In this document: positions 31,547 through 42,909 of the stretch, in pieces
Layout: the number at the start of each line of letters is the position of its first letter
Numbering within the stretch: position 1 is the stretch's first letter
DNA from: Eledone cirrhosa
Taxonomy: Eukaryota
NCBI GenBank assembly: GCA_964016885.1
Contig: CAXHJY010001681.1
Coordinates: 1 to 64,000, forward strand
Length of the DNA stretch: 64,000 nt
Direction of reading: 5' to 3'
Made by a program: the position numbers and the translations under genes
The notes under the pieces: generated by a model
Databases searched by the model: none
What the model was told of the DNA's origin: nothing
What the model saw: only the letters and a program-made list of their open reading frames with translations

Positions 31547-32544
31547 TAGTTGAGGAAGGAACAATAACACCCTTAGCATATGCATGGGCACCCAGACTAA
31601 TGCAGTAAATATTCGGTTTAAACAGAATATCTACTGCAACAGAAAGTTTCAGAGAACTGCAGCTAAGAGGAGAGAAGATTTAGCTAGATATTTAGAGAAG
31701 AGTTTATGAAGAGTAAAACAGAAAGGATTATAAGGGAAATAGTTAAATGTATCAGTTGGGCTTGAATGATGGTGAAAGTGTTAGGGGTAATAACTATTTT
31801 GCTAATTTGTGAGAGAAACTATTGTAGTTGAAGAGACAGTATATAAGTAGACTGACACTTCAGTAGGCTTAAAGTTGTAGTATACTGATGGCTCAAGATT
31901 GCAGTGTTATGTGAAGATAATGAATGAAGTAAGAAAATAGTGATTGATGAGTAGCTTAACAATAGCTTTCAAAAACCTGAGAACCACAGTTAAACAAAGG
32001 GCTCATAATTCATATTCTATTACTGGTGCTGTGTTGTGTCCATCATAAAGCACTTAACTATCAAACTACCAAATCCACCAACAAAGTGTGCCTATGATTT
32101 CACCAGCAAGTATTTTTTAAGCTAACAATGTTAAGTTCAAATCCCCCTGTGAGTATATTTTAGAAATATATAATCTACTGGATTATCTTGCCAGAGGCAT
32201 ATTACATGCACCACCAACCTAAAAAAACCCACATATTTTAAGTGCTTCCCTCTCTGTAAAGATGCTAGTATTAACAGTTATATTTTTCAACCCAAAGATA
32301 TTACCTTGTTGCAATGAAGTACCAAGTTGTGCAGTAGGGAGAGGGAATTATGCATGTGATGCAGTTGAAATTTTGTATGCAAACCAGCAGCTATTACAAG
32401 GGTGATAATCTCTTTCAGAAATGTTTATATTGATTAAATAAGCTGTGTGTAATTGCAGTTAGACAAGTGCTAAAGACAAAGGCACTAGGATGTAAGCATT
32501 TCAAAAATATTAGGCTTGGCAATTAACTATTTACTTTGTTGTTA

Positions 32545-32885
32545 TATATGTTGGTGTATTTATATAGGGTAGAGTGGTGTGTCTTATTGTAGGTTTTAAT
32601 ACTTTAGTATTCATAATATTAATGGCATTTGATATGTTGATATATTTATATATTGTAGCGTACCTTGTCTAAAATATAACATGATAATAGTCATAATACT
32701 GATGGTGTTAGATATGTTGCTGTGTCCTTATGAAGTAGAGCAGTCTGTCTTTCCTAAGGTTTAACCTTTTGGCAACCATAATACTAATGGCAATAGATAT
32801 GTTGATGTATTTATATAAAATAGAGCGGTATGTCATGTGTAAGGCTTAACACTTTGCCACCCATATCAATAATAGTGATAATATT
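32545..32885. repeat. Degenerate ~80-85-bp minisatellite, about 4 units
   Basis: ATATGTTG...TAGAGC/G...CATAATA recurs at ~32546, 32632, 32712 and 32797. Confidence 0.7.
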
Positions 32886-33000
32886 CATTTATTGACATAA
32901 AACTGATGAAAATATAAAACTAAGAATAATGTGACTTCTTGTGTGATTTGAAAGGAGTTTTGCCACCAATTTGACCATAAATTATAAAAACTATGTATTT

Positions 33001-33299
33001 CATCATCATCATTCATCATTTAATTTTACGTCCACTTTTCCCTGCTTGCAAGGGTGGGACGGGAACTGATTCTGGCTTGATTTCTACAGCTGGATGCCCT
33101 TCCTAACACCAACCTCATTTACAGTGAGTGCTGGGTGCTTTTTTGCCGTGGCACCTCCACGACCATTTCTACAGCTGAGTAAACTGGAGCAATGTGAAAA
33201 AGTGTCTTGCTCAAGGAAACAACACATCACCCGGTCTGAGAATTGAACTCACAACCTTTTGATTGCAAGGCCAATGCTCTAACCACTAAGCCATGTGCC
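33001..33299 (-). mobile_element. Complete tRNA-SINE whose 3' half derives from the RTE LINE 3' UTR
   Basis: Head GGCACATGGCTTAGTGGTTAGAGC...GAGTTCAATTC; ~33062-33165 matches RTE 3' UTR segments; (GAT)n tail. Confidence 0.85.
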
Positions 33300-34131
33300 T
33301 CAATTTGGTTGGATTAAATACTAAAGTGTTAAAGGAAAGGCCTGCTATCCTGTATAATTTGATTAGATGAAACTGATTAGTAAAGTGGTTTAGTGGGTGC
33401 ACTTAATACAAAGAATACATGGCTAGCATTTAAATAACAAATGAAACAAATATGACAATAATTTTAGGTATTAGATAATGCAGGATAATATTTTAGATAA
33501 AAATCCCAAATATTACTAATATGTGCTTTACCTTTTATTTCTATATCAAACTGAGAAATCACTGAACCCTACAATATATCATTCTTAACAGAAGCTGGAT
33601 ATTTTCTAAGTATTTAGAAAGTTAAAATTCTCAGGAAATGTTTTTTGCTAGAGAGATATCAACTTTACTCTGAAGTCAATAATGAATGTCTCTTGTGGTA
33701 GCATTACCAGCTCAATGTAGCAGCTAAATCCCCCTTAATAAACTCTCTGTCTTTGAAGTAGGCTCTACTTAGTTTTAATTCTAAATATTTGAATACCATA
33801 GCATACAACAATAAAGTTTGGGTAACTATGGTTAGAGACATTGATCTTAGCTACCACCATACTGTATGTCTTCGCAGGGAGATTTCATGACAAACTTTAC
33901 TACTTTGTAATATAAAACTTTAAATATTTAGCCAAAAAGAAAAGAGGGTGCGTAGAATTTATTAAATTGGAACAGTGTGTTAACAATAAGTTAATAAATT
34001 AATAAAAATAAAAGTAGTAGTGCAATTGTATTTTTTTTTAAGAGTCAACTTAACAATGGCAACCAACTGTTCATTCCATTGATATAGTTTGTGGGGGGGA
34101 ATAAGTAAAGACAAGAGAAAAAATGTAATAC

Positions 34132-34197
34132 CTGGCATCTGCTTCACTGTAAAACTCTCTAGCAACTATGTCTTCAAATAATTCACCACCTGTTACC
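34132..34197 (-). CDS. CaMKII: Internal 66-nt coding exon of calcium/calmodulin-dependent protein kinase II (kinase subdomain V region)
   Basis: tttttccag|G GTA ACA GGT GGT GAA TTA TTT GAA GAC ATA GTT GCT AGA GAG TTT TAC AGT GAA GCA GAT GCC AG|gtatta = (L)[21 protein letters not shown](S); peptide, size and phase match the conserved CaMKII exon. Confidence 0.95.
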
Positions 34198-34516
34198 CTG
34201 GAAAAACAGATATGTAAATGGGATTAGAACTGCATTATAAAAAATATATTTCTCATAATAATTATTATTATACATTTTGTTTCTAATGTGGAAGCCACAT
34301 TGCATTTAAACATTGAAAGTTTTCAAAAAATTGTCCTTTTTTATACAAATGGGAGTTCATATTGGTTATTTATTAATGATAATCCTGAAATAAATGTGGT
34401 TTTCTCTTTTGTAATTTAGACGCCTAGACGCTGGGGTTTTAAAAATCCATATTTTCTTTTTTTAAAATGAGATCCTTGGTATGGAATGATAATGTGCTAT
34501 GCAGAATATTTTATTA

Positions 34517-35129
34517 TGTTGCTAGACCCAGGGTTATTTACTTGAGTAAATGTCACCGGAATCTAACTACTAAATTTTATAAAGAAAAGGATAAGATATT
34601 TTTACATAACACCATGTCGAATGAGAGTTAATTCCCATTACAAAGGTAATGATAAAATGTAGGCAGTTTCTCGGAACGAGTATCAAATATAAGTCTTCAT
34701 TTTATTGTAGTTCCATGTTACAATTGTGGTTAGTAAATTTCTTCTACATATTGGTATAATCCAGATCCATGATAGGTAGTTAAAGAGAAGTTAACTTGCT
34801 TGTCTTCAGTGTTATCAAGCTCTCTCTCTTTTGGTGCCTTCCTTCGAATTGACAACACTTCTCTTTAACCACCTATCATAGATCTGGATTATACCAATAT
34901 GTAGAAGAAATTTACTAACCACAATTGTAACATGGAGCTACAATAAAATGAAGACATATTTGATACTCGTTCCGAGAAACTGCCTACGTTTTATCATTAC
35001 CTTTGTAATGGGAATTAACTCTCATTCGACATCGTGTTATGTAAAAATATCTTATCCTTTTCTTTATAAAATTTAGTAGTTAGATTCCGGTGACATTTAC
35101 TCAAGTAAATAACCCTGGGTCTAGCAACA
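34517..35129. repeat. Long inverted repeat built from two opposed partial LTR copies (arms 34517-34791 and 34857-35129)
   Basis: Arms are near-perfect reverse complements; both match 39661-39937. Confidence 0.97.
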
Positions 35130-35137
35130 CACTAAAA

Positions 35138-35155
35138 TGGTGACCCCGACGTGAT
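35138..35155 (+). other. Perfect 18-nt complement of the tRNA-Trp 3' end
   Basis: TGGTGACCCCGACGTGAT directly after the inverted LTR end. Confidence 0.92.
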
Positions 35156-35575
35156 ACCAACATAAAGACGAGTTGTTGGCGGGGAGGTTGGCGCGACAAT
35201 GAAGAGAAGGAGACCGACTCCGTGAACGCCATCTGGATGGTGTTTTTCGTGACACAGTTTAGCCACTTGACGAGTTAACGCGTCAATGGCTCTCAGTATA
35301 GAGTCCTCACAAGGTGAAACAGGCTGTGCTTCAAAAGTAGAAGAAGCAATGAGTGGATCTGCCGAAGTAGGCACATGAGAAAATTCCATTATACGATCCG
35401 CTAAGGCTGTAATTTGGTCCAGAGAACTGGTATCGACTATATTTGCTATTATGGTCTGCACATTTGTTGGCAAACGGGAGAAGAATAATTGTCTTACGAA
35501 AGAGTTGTCCTCTGCTGTTGAGTCGCTCAGTTCCCGGATGCACCGTAAAAACTGAGACGGGGGTTCTATCTCCCA
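35153..35575 (-). repeat. Duplicate of gag segment 38651-39073
   Basis: Highly similar by direct comparison. Confidence 0.95.
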
Positions 35576-38100
35576 CGATCAGATGCATCAACAGATAAGG
35601 AAAGTCTCGCATTTGCAACAGGATGGGCAAGGAAGGAAACTTTAGCTAGCTCAGACTTGACGGATTCAAAAGACTGCAATGCATCAGCAGAAAGTGAAAT
35701 TTTAGCATCTTTCTTTTTTTGCAGCCCTTAAAAACTGTGTCAAGGGGAACAACTTGTCCGCACAGTTAGGAATAAAGCGACGATAAAAGTTAATTAATCC
35801 CAAGAAATGGCGTAATTGTCTCAAGGATGTTGGTGGTGCTAATTGCTGAATCGCCTCTACTTTAGATGGCAAAGAACGAATGCCTTCTGAATCTATAAGG
35901 TGTCCAAGGAATTCCAGTGAATCTGTACCAAACACACATGTAGCTGGGTTGATTCTGATTTTGTACGATTGGAGACATTGAAATTACTGAGATAGATGTT
36001 GATGATGGTGTTCATCCGAATCACTGGCTATCAGGAGATCATCAATGTAAGCAAACACAAAATCCAATCCACGTGTGACTTCATCGATAAAACGCTGGAA
36101 CGTGCTAGAGGCATTCCACAAACCAAAAGGCATGGATAGAAATTCAAACGAACCAAAAGGGGTGGTCACAGCTGTGTTTGGTATGTCTTCCGGATGCATG
36201 GGTATTTGATGGTAAGCGCGTCATCATCATCATCATCATCATCACCGTTTTACGTCCGTTCTTCCACGCTAGCATGGGTTAGACGGGTTGTCCTGTTGTG
36301 GGCAGTGTCTGGTCGGCTGACCATGCCTTGCTCATACAGGAACTGATCTGGCTTGATTTCTACAGCTGGATGCCCTTCCTAACACCAACCTCATTTACAG
36401 TGAGTGCTGGGTGCTTTTTCGTGGCGCCTACACGTCCACTTTACAGTGTGGGCTGGGTGCTTTTTTGCCGTGGCACCTCCACGACCACCTTGCGGTGGGG
36501 GGGGGGGGGGGCATATTGTTTATATGCTTCAGCATGTACCCATGGGAGGTCGGGTACCCTGTATTACTGCGTGACGCCAGAAGTCACGGTCGTGTGTCAT
36601 TGACTTTGAGAGGTGTAGTTGGGTAAGGTCGGCTTTTATCACCTCATCCCAAGTCATCTTGGGTCTCCCCACTCCGCGGTTTCCATCAACTTCTAGTGCT
36701 CTGCACCTTTTTATGCAGCTGTCATCCTTCATACGCATCACATGTCCATACCAGCGTAACCGCCTCTCCTGCACGCAGCATTTGATTCCTCTTATGCTCA
36801 GTCTCTCTCTCAATTCATTTATGCTTTGTCGTTCACGTATATTACTGTTACACATCCATCGGAGCATGCAGGCTTCGTTTCTCTCTAATCTACGTAAGTC
36901 TTCCACCTTCAGCGCCCAGGTCTCACTACCATGCAACATCGCTGTTCGGATACACGCATCATACAGTCTGCCTTTCATTCTGAGGGAGAAGCCTTTTGCA
37001 GCTAGCAGTGGTAGTAGTTCCCTAAACTTCTTCCATCCCGTTCTTACCCTAGTTATTGTACTTTCTGAGCACCCACCTCCGTTGCTAATTCGGTCACCTA
37101 GGTAGCAGAAGCTGTCTACTGTTTCTACAGGGCCCTCCCAGAGATTGGTGGTACTTGTTTCCTGTGGCTGTTTGCTTGCTGTTTCAGCACAGCTGCTGCA
37201 TGTGAATCCTACATTCTTAATTAAGCTTCCTGAGATCCCGCTACATCTCTTGTGTACCCATTGTTTGCATTTGGGGCAAAGAATGGAGTTCCTACCTACA
37301 CCTTTCCTACATACTGAGCAAGGCCATTTCCCTGAGGGGATCTGGGTTCTGTTTTCTCGTCTACTTATAAGGACCTTAGTCTTTGTCATGTTGACTTTGA
37401 GGCCCTTTCTCTCTAGTCCCTGCTTCCAGGTTTGGAATTTATTCTCTAGTTCTACCATAGATTCAGCTATGAGTGCGAGGTCATCAGCATACAGGAGTTC
37501 CCATGGGCATCCGGTCTTAAACTCCTCCGTTATTGCCTGCAGGACTATGATGAACAGGAGAGGGCTAAGAACAGAGCCCTGGTGGACCCCAACCTGTACG
37601 CTAAATTCCTCGCTATACTCATTGCCAATCCTAACTTTGCTGACTGCTCCCCTATACATGGCTTGTACCGCTTTCACAAGCCATTCATCTACTCCTAGTT
37701 TTCTAAGAGCCCACCAGATTACTGCACGTGGAACTCTGTCAAAGGCTTTCTCAAGGTCGACAAAGATCTATTTTAGAAAATATCTTGCATCCATGCAGAG
37801 CGGATGCAAAATCCTGTAAATTTGGTAGAGGATAACGATCAGGTGTTGTGATAGCGTTAAGTCGTCTATAATCACCCACAGGTCTAAAATCCGCCTCACC
37901 CTTACGAGCTAAATGAAGCGGGGATGCTCATGGGCTGGTGGACGGTCGTATAAGACCAAGCTGAAGCATGTGATCGAACTCATCCCTGGCTTTTTTTAGC
38001 CTGTCTGGAGCCAGCCTACGTGGCCAAGAAAAAACAGGCGGAGAAGTTGTTGTAATAAAATGTTGAGTCGAGTGGATTACTTGGTTCGGTTTAAATGAAA
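35576..38100 (-). pseudogene. Gypsy pol (RT to start of RNase H), disrupted and split by an RTE insertion
   Basis: DFRPVGDYRRLN, FSKIDL|RAYHQIP, MPFGL, YIDDLL, FLGH, FLGLINFYRRFIP, SVDASD. Confidence 0.9.
36221..37764 (-). mobile_element. 5'-truncated RTE copy nearly identical to 5979-7516, inserted in Gypsy RT
   Basis: Only a handful of substitutions over ~1.5 kb; (CAT)n tail at 36221; open frame 36529-37677. Confidence 0.97.
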
Positions 38101-38106
38101 TGTCAG

Positions 38107-39347
38107 TTAACTCGAGAAATGAGGCAAGAAGAGAATGAAACTATTTCCAGAGGCAGCTATGAAACACACGGGACTTATGGCAGTAACAGTAGAACCACGA
38201 GCAGGCATAGATAAGGATGTGGTGCCATCCACAAGTTTCTGTCTCCTGACATCTACTAACAGTGAATAGTGGTATAAGAAATCCGCACCGAGAATAGGAT
38301 GGGGTAGGTCCGCTACAACGAAAATCCATTTGAAATCTCGACGCAAACCTAGGTCCAATGATAGAGATATTTGACCATAAGTTTTTATAGGAGACTGGTT
38401 TACTGCATACAAGGAAATACTGGAAAAATTTGGCTTGGTACAACTGAAACGAAGAGGCCAAATACTGCAACTAGATCCTGTGTAGACCATAAACGATTTG
38501 TTTGAAACTCGATCTTTGATGAAAAAGGCACGATAAGGAGAATTAATGGGGGAGAGGTCTGCCATGCCCAGACTCTCTAATTTTAGTTTTCCGAAGTCCC
38601 GAAAGAGCAGGGCTGAATACAATTATTTGCCTTTTTACGAAAACGCATGCGATACCAACATAAAGACGAGTTTTTGGTGGGGAGGTTGGCGCGACGATGA
38701 AGAGAAGGAGACCGACTCCGTGAACGCCATCTGGATGGTGTTCTTTCGTGACACAGTTTAGCCACTTGACGAGTAAACACGTCAATGGCTCTCAGTATAG
38801 AGTCCTCACGAGGTGAAACAGGCTGTGCTTCAAAAGTAGAAGAAGCAATGAGTGGATCTGCCGAAGTAGGCACACGAGAAAATTCCATTATGCGATCCGC
38901 TGAGGCTGTAATTTGGTCCAGAGAACTGGTGTTGACTATATTTGCCAGTATGGTCTGCACATTTGTTGGCAAACGGGAGAATAATAATTGTCTTATGAAA
39001 GAGTTGTCCTCTACTGTTGAGTCGCTCAGTTCCCAGATACGCCGTAAAAACTGAGATGGGGTTCTATCTCCCAGGTTTTCCTCCTCCAACAAGGAACAAA
39101 ATTTGCTCTCAGACTAACGGCTGTTCCGTCTGAGCACTTCTGCCTTAAGGGTCTCGTAAGTGACGCCTTGTGGGGGATCTGTGATGATATCTTTTACTGA
39201 TGTGGCGAGCGATGCAGGGATTCCGCTTATGAACACGTGTAACCTTTGTTGTGCCACTTGAACGCCATGGGCAACAAAATACGAATCTAGTGGTGCAAAC
39301 CACAACTTTGCATCACCTGAATACGTCGGTAGCGAAGAATTGCTCAT
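38107..39347 (-). pseudogene. Gypsy gag and aspartic protease (stop and frameshift damaged)
   Basis: LPTYSGDAKLWF, LGDRTPSQFLRR, LCWY...C...C knuckle remnant; protease MVYTGS (catalytic D appears mutated) and ILGADFL. Confidence 0.85.
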
Positions 39348-39634
39348 TATGAATGTAGTAGCCGCTGAGTGAAATGTTTTTTTAACTGCCGCACATGTGG
39401 TTTAACTTTCATGAATCAGCCAAAGACAACACATTTGAAAGAAAAAAATTAGTTGTATTTTCAAAATTATATGCACATGTGGTGGTAACATGAATAGTTG
39501 AAGTGATGTAACACGGAGGAAGCAAAATGGCGAATACAAAATGAAGGCTTTGTTGAAAACGAAGACACGAGGTGCAAACATTTTTTTTTTCTTATGCATA
39601 TCCGGAGATTACGATTCTTCGGTTGGCGTTTCTT

Positions 39635-39652
39635 TTTACGTTAGGGTCACCA
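39635..39652 (-). promoter_or_regulatory. Native primer-binding site (tRNA-Trp), 14/18 match
   Basis: TGGTGACCCTAACGTAAA adjacent to the LTR end. Confidence 0.85.
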
Positions 39653-39653
39653 T

Positions 39654-40103
39654 TTTAGTGTATTGCTAGACCCAGGGTTATTTACTCGAGTAAATGTCAC
39701 CGGAATCTAACTACTAAATTTTATAAAGAAAAGGATAAGATATTTTTACATAACACCATGTCAAATGAGAGTTAATTCCCATTACAAAGGTAATGATAAA
39801 ACGTAGGCAGAATCTCGGAACGAGTATCAAATATAAGTCTTCATTTTATTGTAGCTCCATGTTACAATTGTTGTTAGTAAATATTCTTCTACATATTGGT
39901 ATAATCCAGATCCATGATCGGTGGTTAGAAAGAAGTTAACCTGCTTGTCTTCAGTGTTGTCAATTCGAAGGAAGGCGCCAAAAGAGAGAAAGCTTGATTT
40001 GCGTTCCCTCTATTTATATCCTTTTACCGGAAGTTACAAAGAAGGTTCTAGAATTTCGATGGGAAGTAACGTTAGCTACTTCCCTTGTCTAGAGAGCGCT
40101 ACA
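39654..40103 (-). repeat. 5' LTR (~450 bp), TGTAG...CTAAA
   Basis: Starts TGTAGCG at 40103, followed by the PBS; matches both palindrome arms. Confidence 0.8.
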
Positions 40104-41279
40104 AAGCTATAATTGTAACAAGAATCACTGGGGAACTGGAGATACGGCAGAATGAACTGAAATAAGCTAGAGATAGTCTAGAAAGCAGTCTTTCTGGTGA
40201 CTCTGCATGAAGTTATGCATAAGACAAACAGAATATGATGACCTACTAATGTATAAGCACAAAGAGTCAATGAGTGGAGAGGCAGATGTATACAGAGGTG
40301 GAAAAATCTTTCAATGTTACCTTTATGATCCAACTAATGGATCATGGCACAATTGTAGTCAGCAAGAGTTTATAGTAACAATGATATTTAAATGAAATTG
40401 TTAAAGATGATCTTAAGGAAGACAAACAAGGACAAAGAACTCTTATTAACATCAAGAACTAAAGTTGCTTATCAGCAATATTCAATTTAACTTCATGGAA
40501 GGCGATGAAGATTACCACTTTAGCCAATACTTTAAAAAAAAAACATTTGTATAATGTGGAGATAGAATACGGTTTTAAAGGATTCAAAGCAAGGGATTTT
40601 CTTTGTATACCTCCAGGATAAACTAAACAGATGGCACAGAAGACATCAGAAATTGGCTAGAAGACAAAGAGAATGACCTTTGTCATAAAGCTAAATAGTA
40701 TGATAGATGAAGTTCCTGTTGCTGACAGGAGAAATAGTGAGGGTGATGAAAGTGGCAAACCATTGTCCAATAAACCAAAATTTTGTCATACAAGAATCTC
40801 TTGATGACATTTCATAAACTAACTTATGAAGAGAAACTGATATTCAACAATATTCTAAAAATCTTAGTGACTTAACAGAAGTCAGTATCTGGAAGCAGCA
40901 GCATCAGTATAAATAACTGAACCAATACATTCTTCAAATTAATTTGTCCTAACCCTTCTGCAGCTGCTAGTCACTTCAGACAGCTACAAGTGGGAGGCAA
41001 GGGACTGTGATGCACCATAGCTCTACAAACTCAAAATGACAAGTTAACACCTAAACCTCCAACATATAAAGCTCATCTGTCATTTATGACAGGTAAATGA
41101 AATTAACACTTTAAATTATCAGTCTTTTCATTTTTACATATTGTAATATTAAATAATTTTATAAAATATATATTTGTTTTATATAATTATATAATAGTTG
41201 CACTATTTTCTGCAATTATGTTACTGTTTATCATAGTGTACAGTGTATATATTTCCAATATCCTATCCACCAAAGACAA

Positions 41280-41780
41280 ACTAAATGAAAAAAGGCTACT
41301 GGCCCAAATAACATTCTTCTTGGGATACTTAAAGATGTCTTTTGGATGAAATTATCTTGAGGTTTACAAACAAGTTTCTTACAAACATGGAGAAACCTGA
41401 TCAGTGCTATGAGAGCAACCTCATATAGATTCCAAAATCAGGCAACCTCAGTGATCTGAGAAACTACAAAGAAACAGTGCTGCCTTCTTTAACTTTCAAA
41501 ATGACAAACAGAATGTTACTGAAACCATGTTCAACTTGTAATTGAATATCACCTGAGACCAAATCAAAATTACCTTTGTTGATTTTAGCAAAGTTTTTGA
41601 TCGAATTCACCAACACTCAAATACTCAAAATGTCAAAATCCTACTAACACACAGAATGCTTGAAGAACTGGTTTTAGCTATTGGAAAGACTTATGAAAAT
41701 ACAAGAATTTGTGTACTTTATGTGAACAGAAAATCTTAAGTTTCTTTCCCAGGGTGTGAGCACTTGTAAGAGGACACAAA
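41280..41780 (+). mobile_element. Degenerate RTE RT fragment
   Basis: TFVDFSKVFDRIH at ~41573-41611. Confidence 0.55.
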
Positions 41781-42909
41781 CAGCAGACAATTTTCTGAAC
41801 CTCTATATCTCTCACGACTACTGATTAATTTCCATTTATAAATGCTCCAAAACAAACAGTATATTAGCCACAGATAAATTCAATAAATGTAATGAAAAAA
41901 AAAAGGTACGAGTGTTCACGTGGGCCACATTAAAAAAAAGACTTACACCTTAAAAGTTTCAAATTGAACCACCAATTTTGCTGTTCTCCAGAAGAGGTCA
42001 AAATAACCTACTTAACAGGTTAACATTAGACAGGTTCAGCATTGATTAACAGGTGTTTCATAACAGATGTGTTCTAAGCAACTGGTTATGTAGGGCTGCT
42101 ATTTGATTACACACATGTAAGAAGAACACAAGAGAAGTCACAAACAATTCATTATTAGAAAGCACATGTTTAGCTTTGTCTATTACCAAAACAGCCCCCA
42201 TGCCAGCAAAGCACAAAATATCTAAATGTGTTACAGCATTATGGCTAGTAAATCAATCAATCACAATGGATACTAGCTCTAATGACAGTTTTACATATGC
42301 TTCACCGACACTGCATGATGATCTATAAATAAACAAAGGATTATATTTTGGTCAAAGAAAAATGTTCTAGTCTAGAGTGGCAGTAGTAGTAATAATAGAA
42401 ATGATGATAGTATGGTGCTATAACTTGCTCACATATCTGGAAGTGTGCTACTGCTACTGCTCATACAAACATCTGAGACTACATCAAAAGAAAAAAGATG
42501 TACTCTTCTTTTTGTCTCTTCTATCACTATAGTAATTGCTTCTTTTCCTCCGAGATAGCAAGCTGCCTACCATCTTCACCCAACTTACTTAAGTTCCATC
42601 TGAAGGTCAACCCCATGGATCTGGATAACATTGAGAGATGATGGGTTATGCCAACCTTAACCTGACTAAATAACAAAATCAAATAAATAAAAGTATTCTA
42701 TAGAATAAACGTTATCAAAACAAATCTCTATTCCTCTCTGTCCCACATACACACTAAGTAGTGCTGAATATAACATAGTGGCTATTGTTCAAGAGATAGT
42801 TGTCTAGAGAGCAACTATTTCTAATGTGACCATCATTTTTTAAAACATTAGGGTGTGATTTAAGGGAGATTTGGCAGACATTTCTAGCAGAATAACTGAC
42901 CATGTAGAG

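Larger units (their letters stand above)
34510..40103 (-). mobile_element. Rearranged, defective Ty3/Gypsy LTR retrotransposon (no integrase seen)
   Basis: 5' LTR 39654-40103, tRNA-Trp PBS, gag, protease, RT and start of RNase H; nested RTE; duplicated gag; inverted LTR pair. Confidence 0.9.

Noticed and set aside
33225-33299. tRNA gene
   Set aside because: Degenerate stems and continuous with SINE core and tail; it is a SINE head
11470-33500. Other CaMKII exons (HCIQQILE, PENLLLAS; also RLHDSI and HQKLERE in 34.2-64 kb)
   Set aside because: Not found by eye among donor/acceptor candidates such as 17790, 21929, 41946 and 57695; a spliced alignment is needed to exclude a miss
34500-40110. 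Target-site duplication of the Gypsy element
   Set aside because: Flanks (AATAT versus AAGCT) do not match
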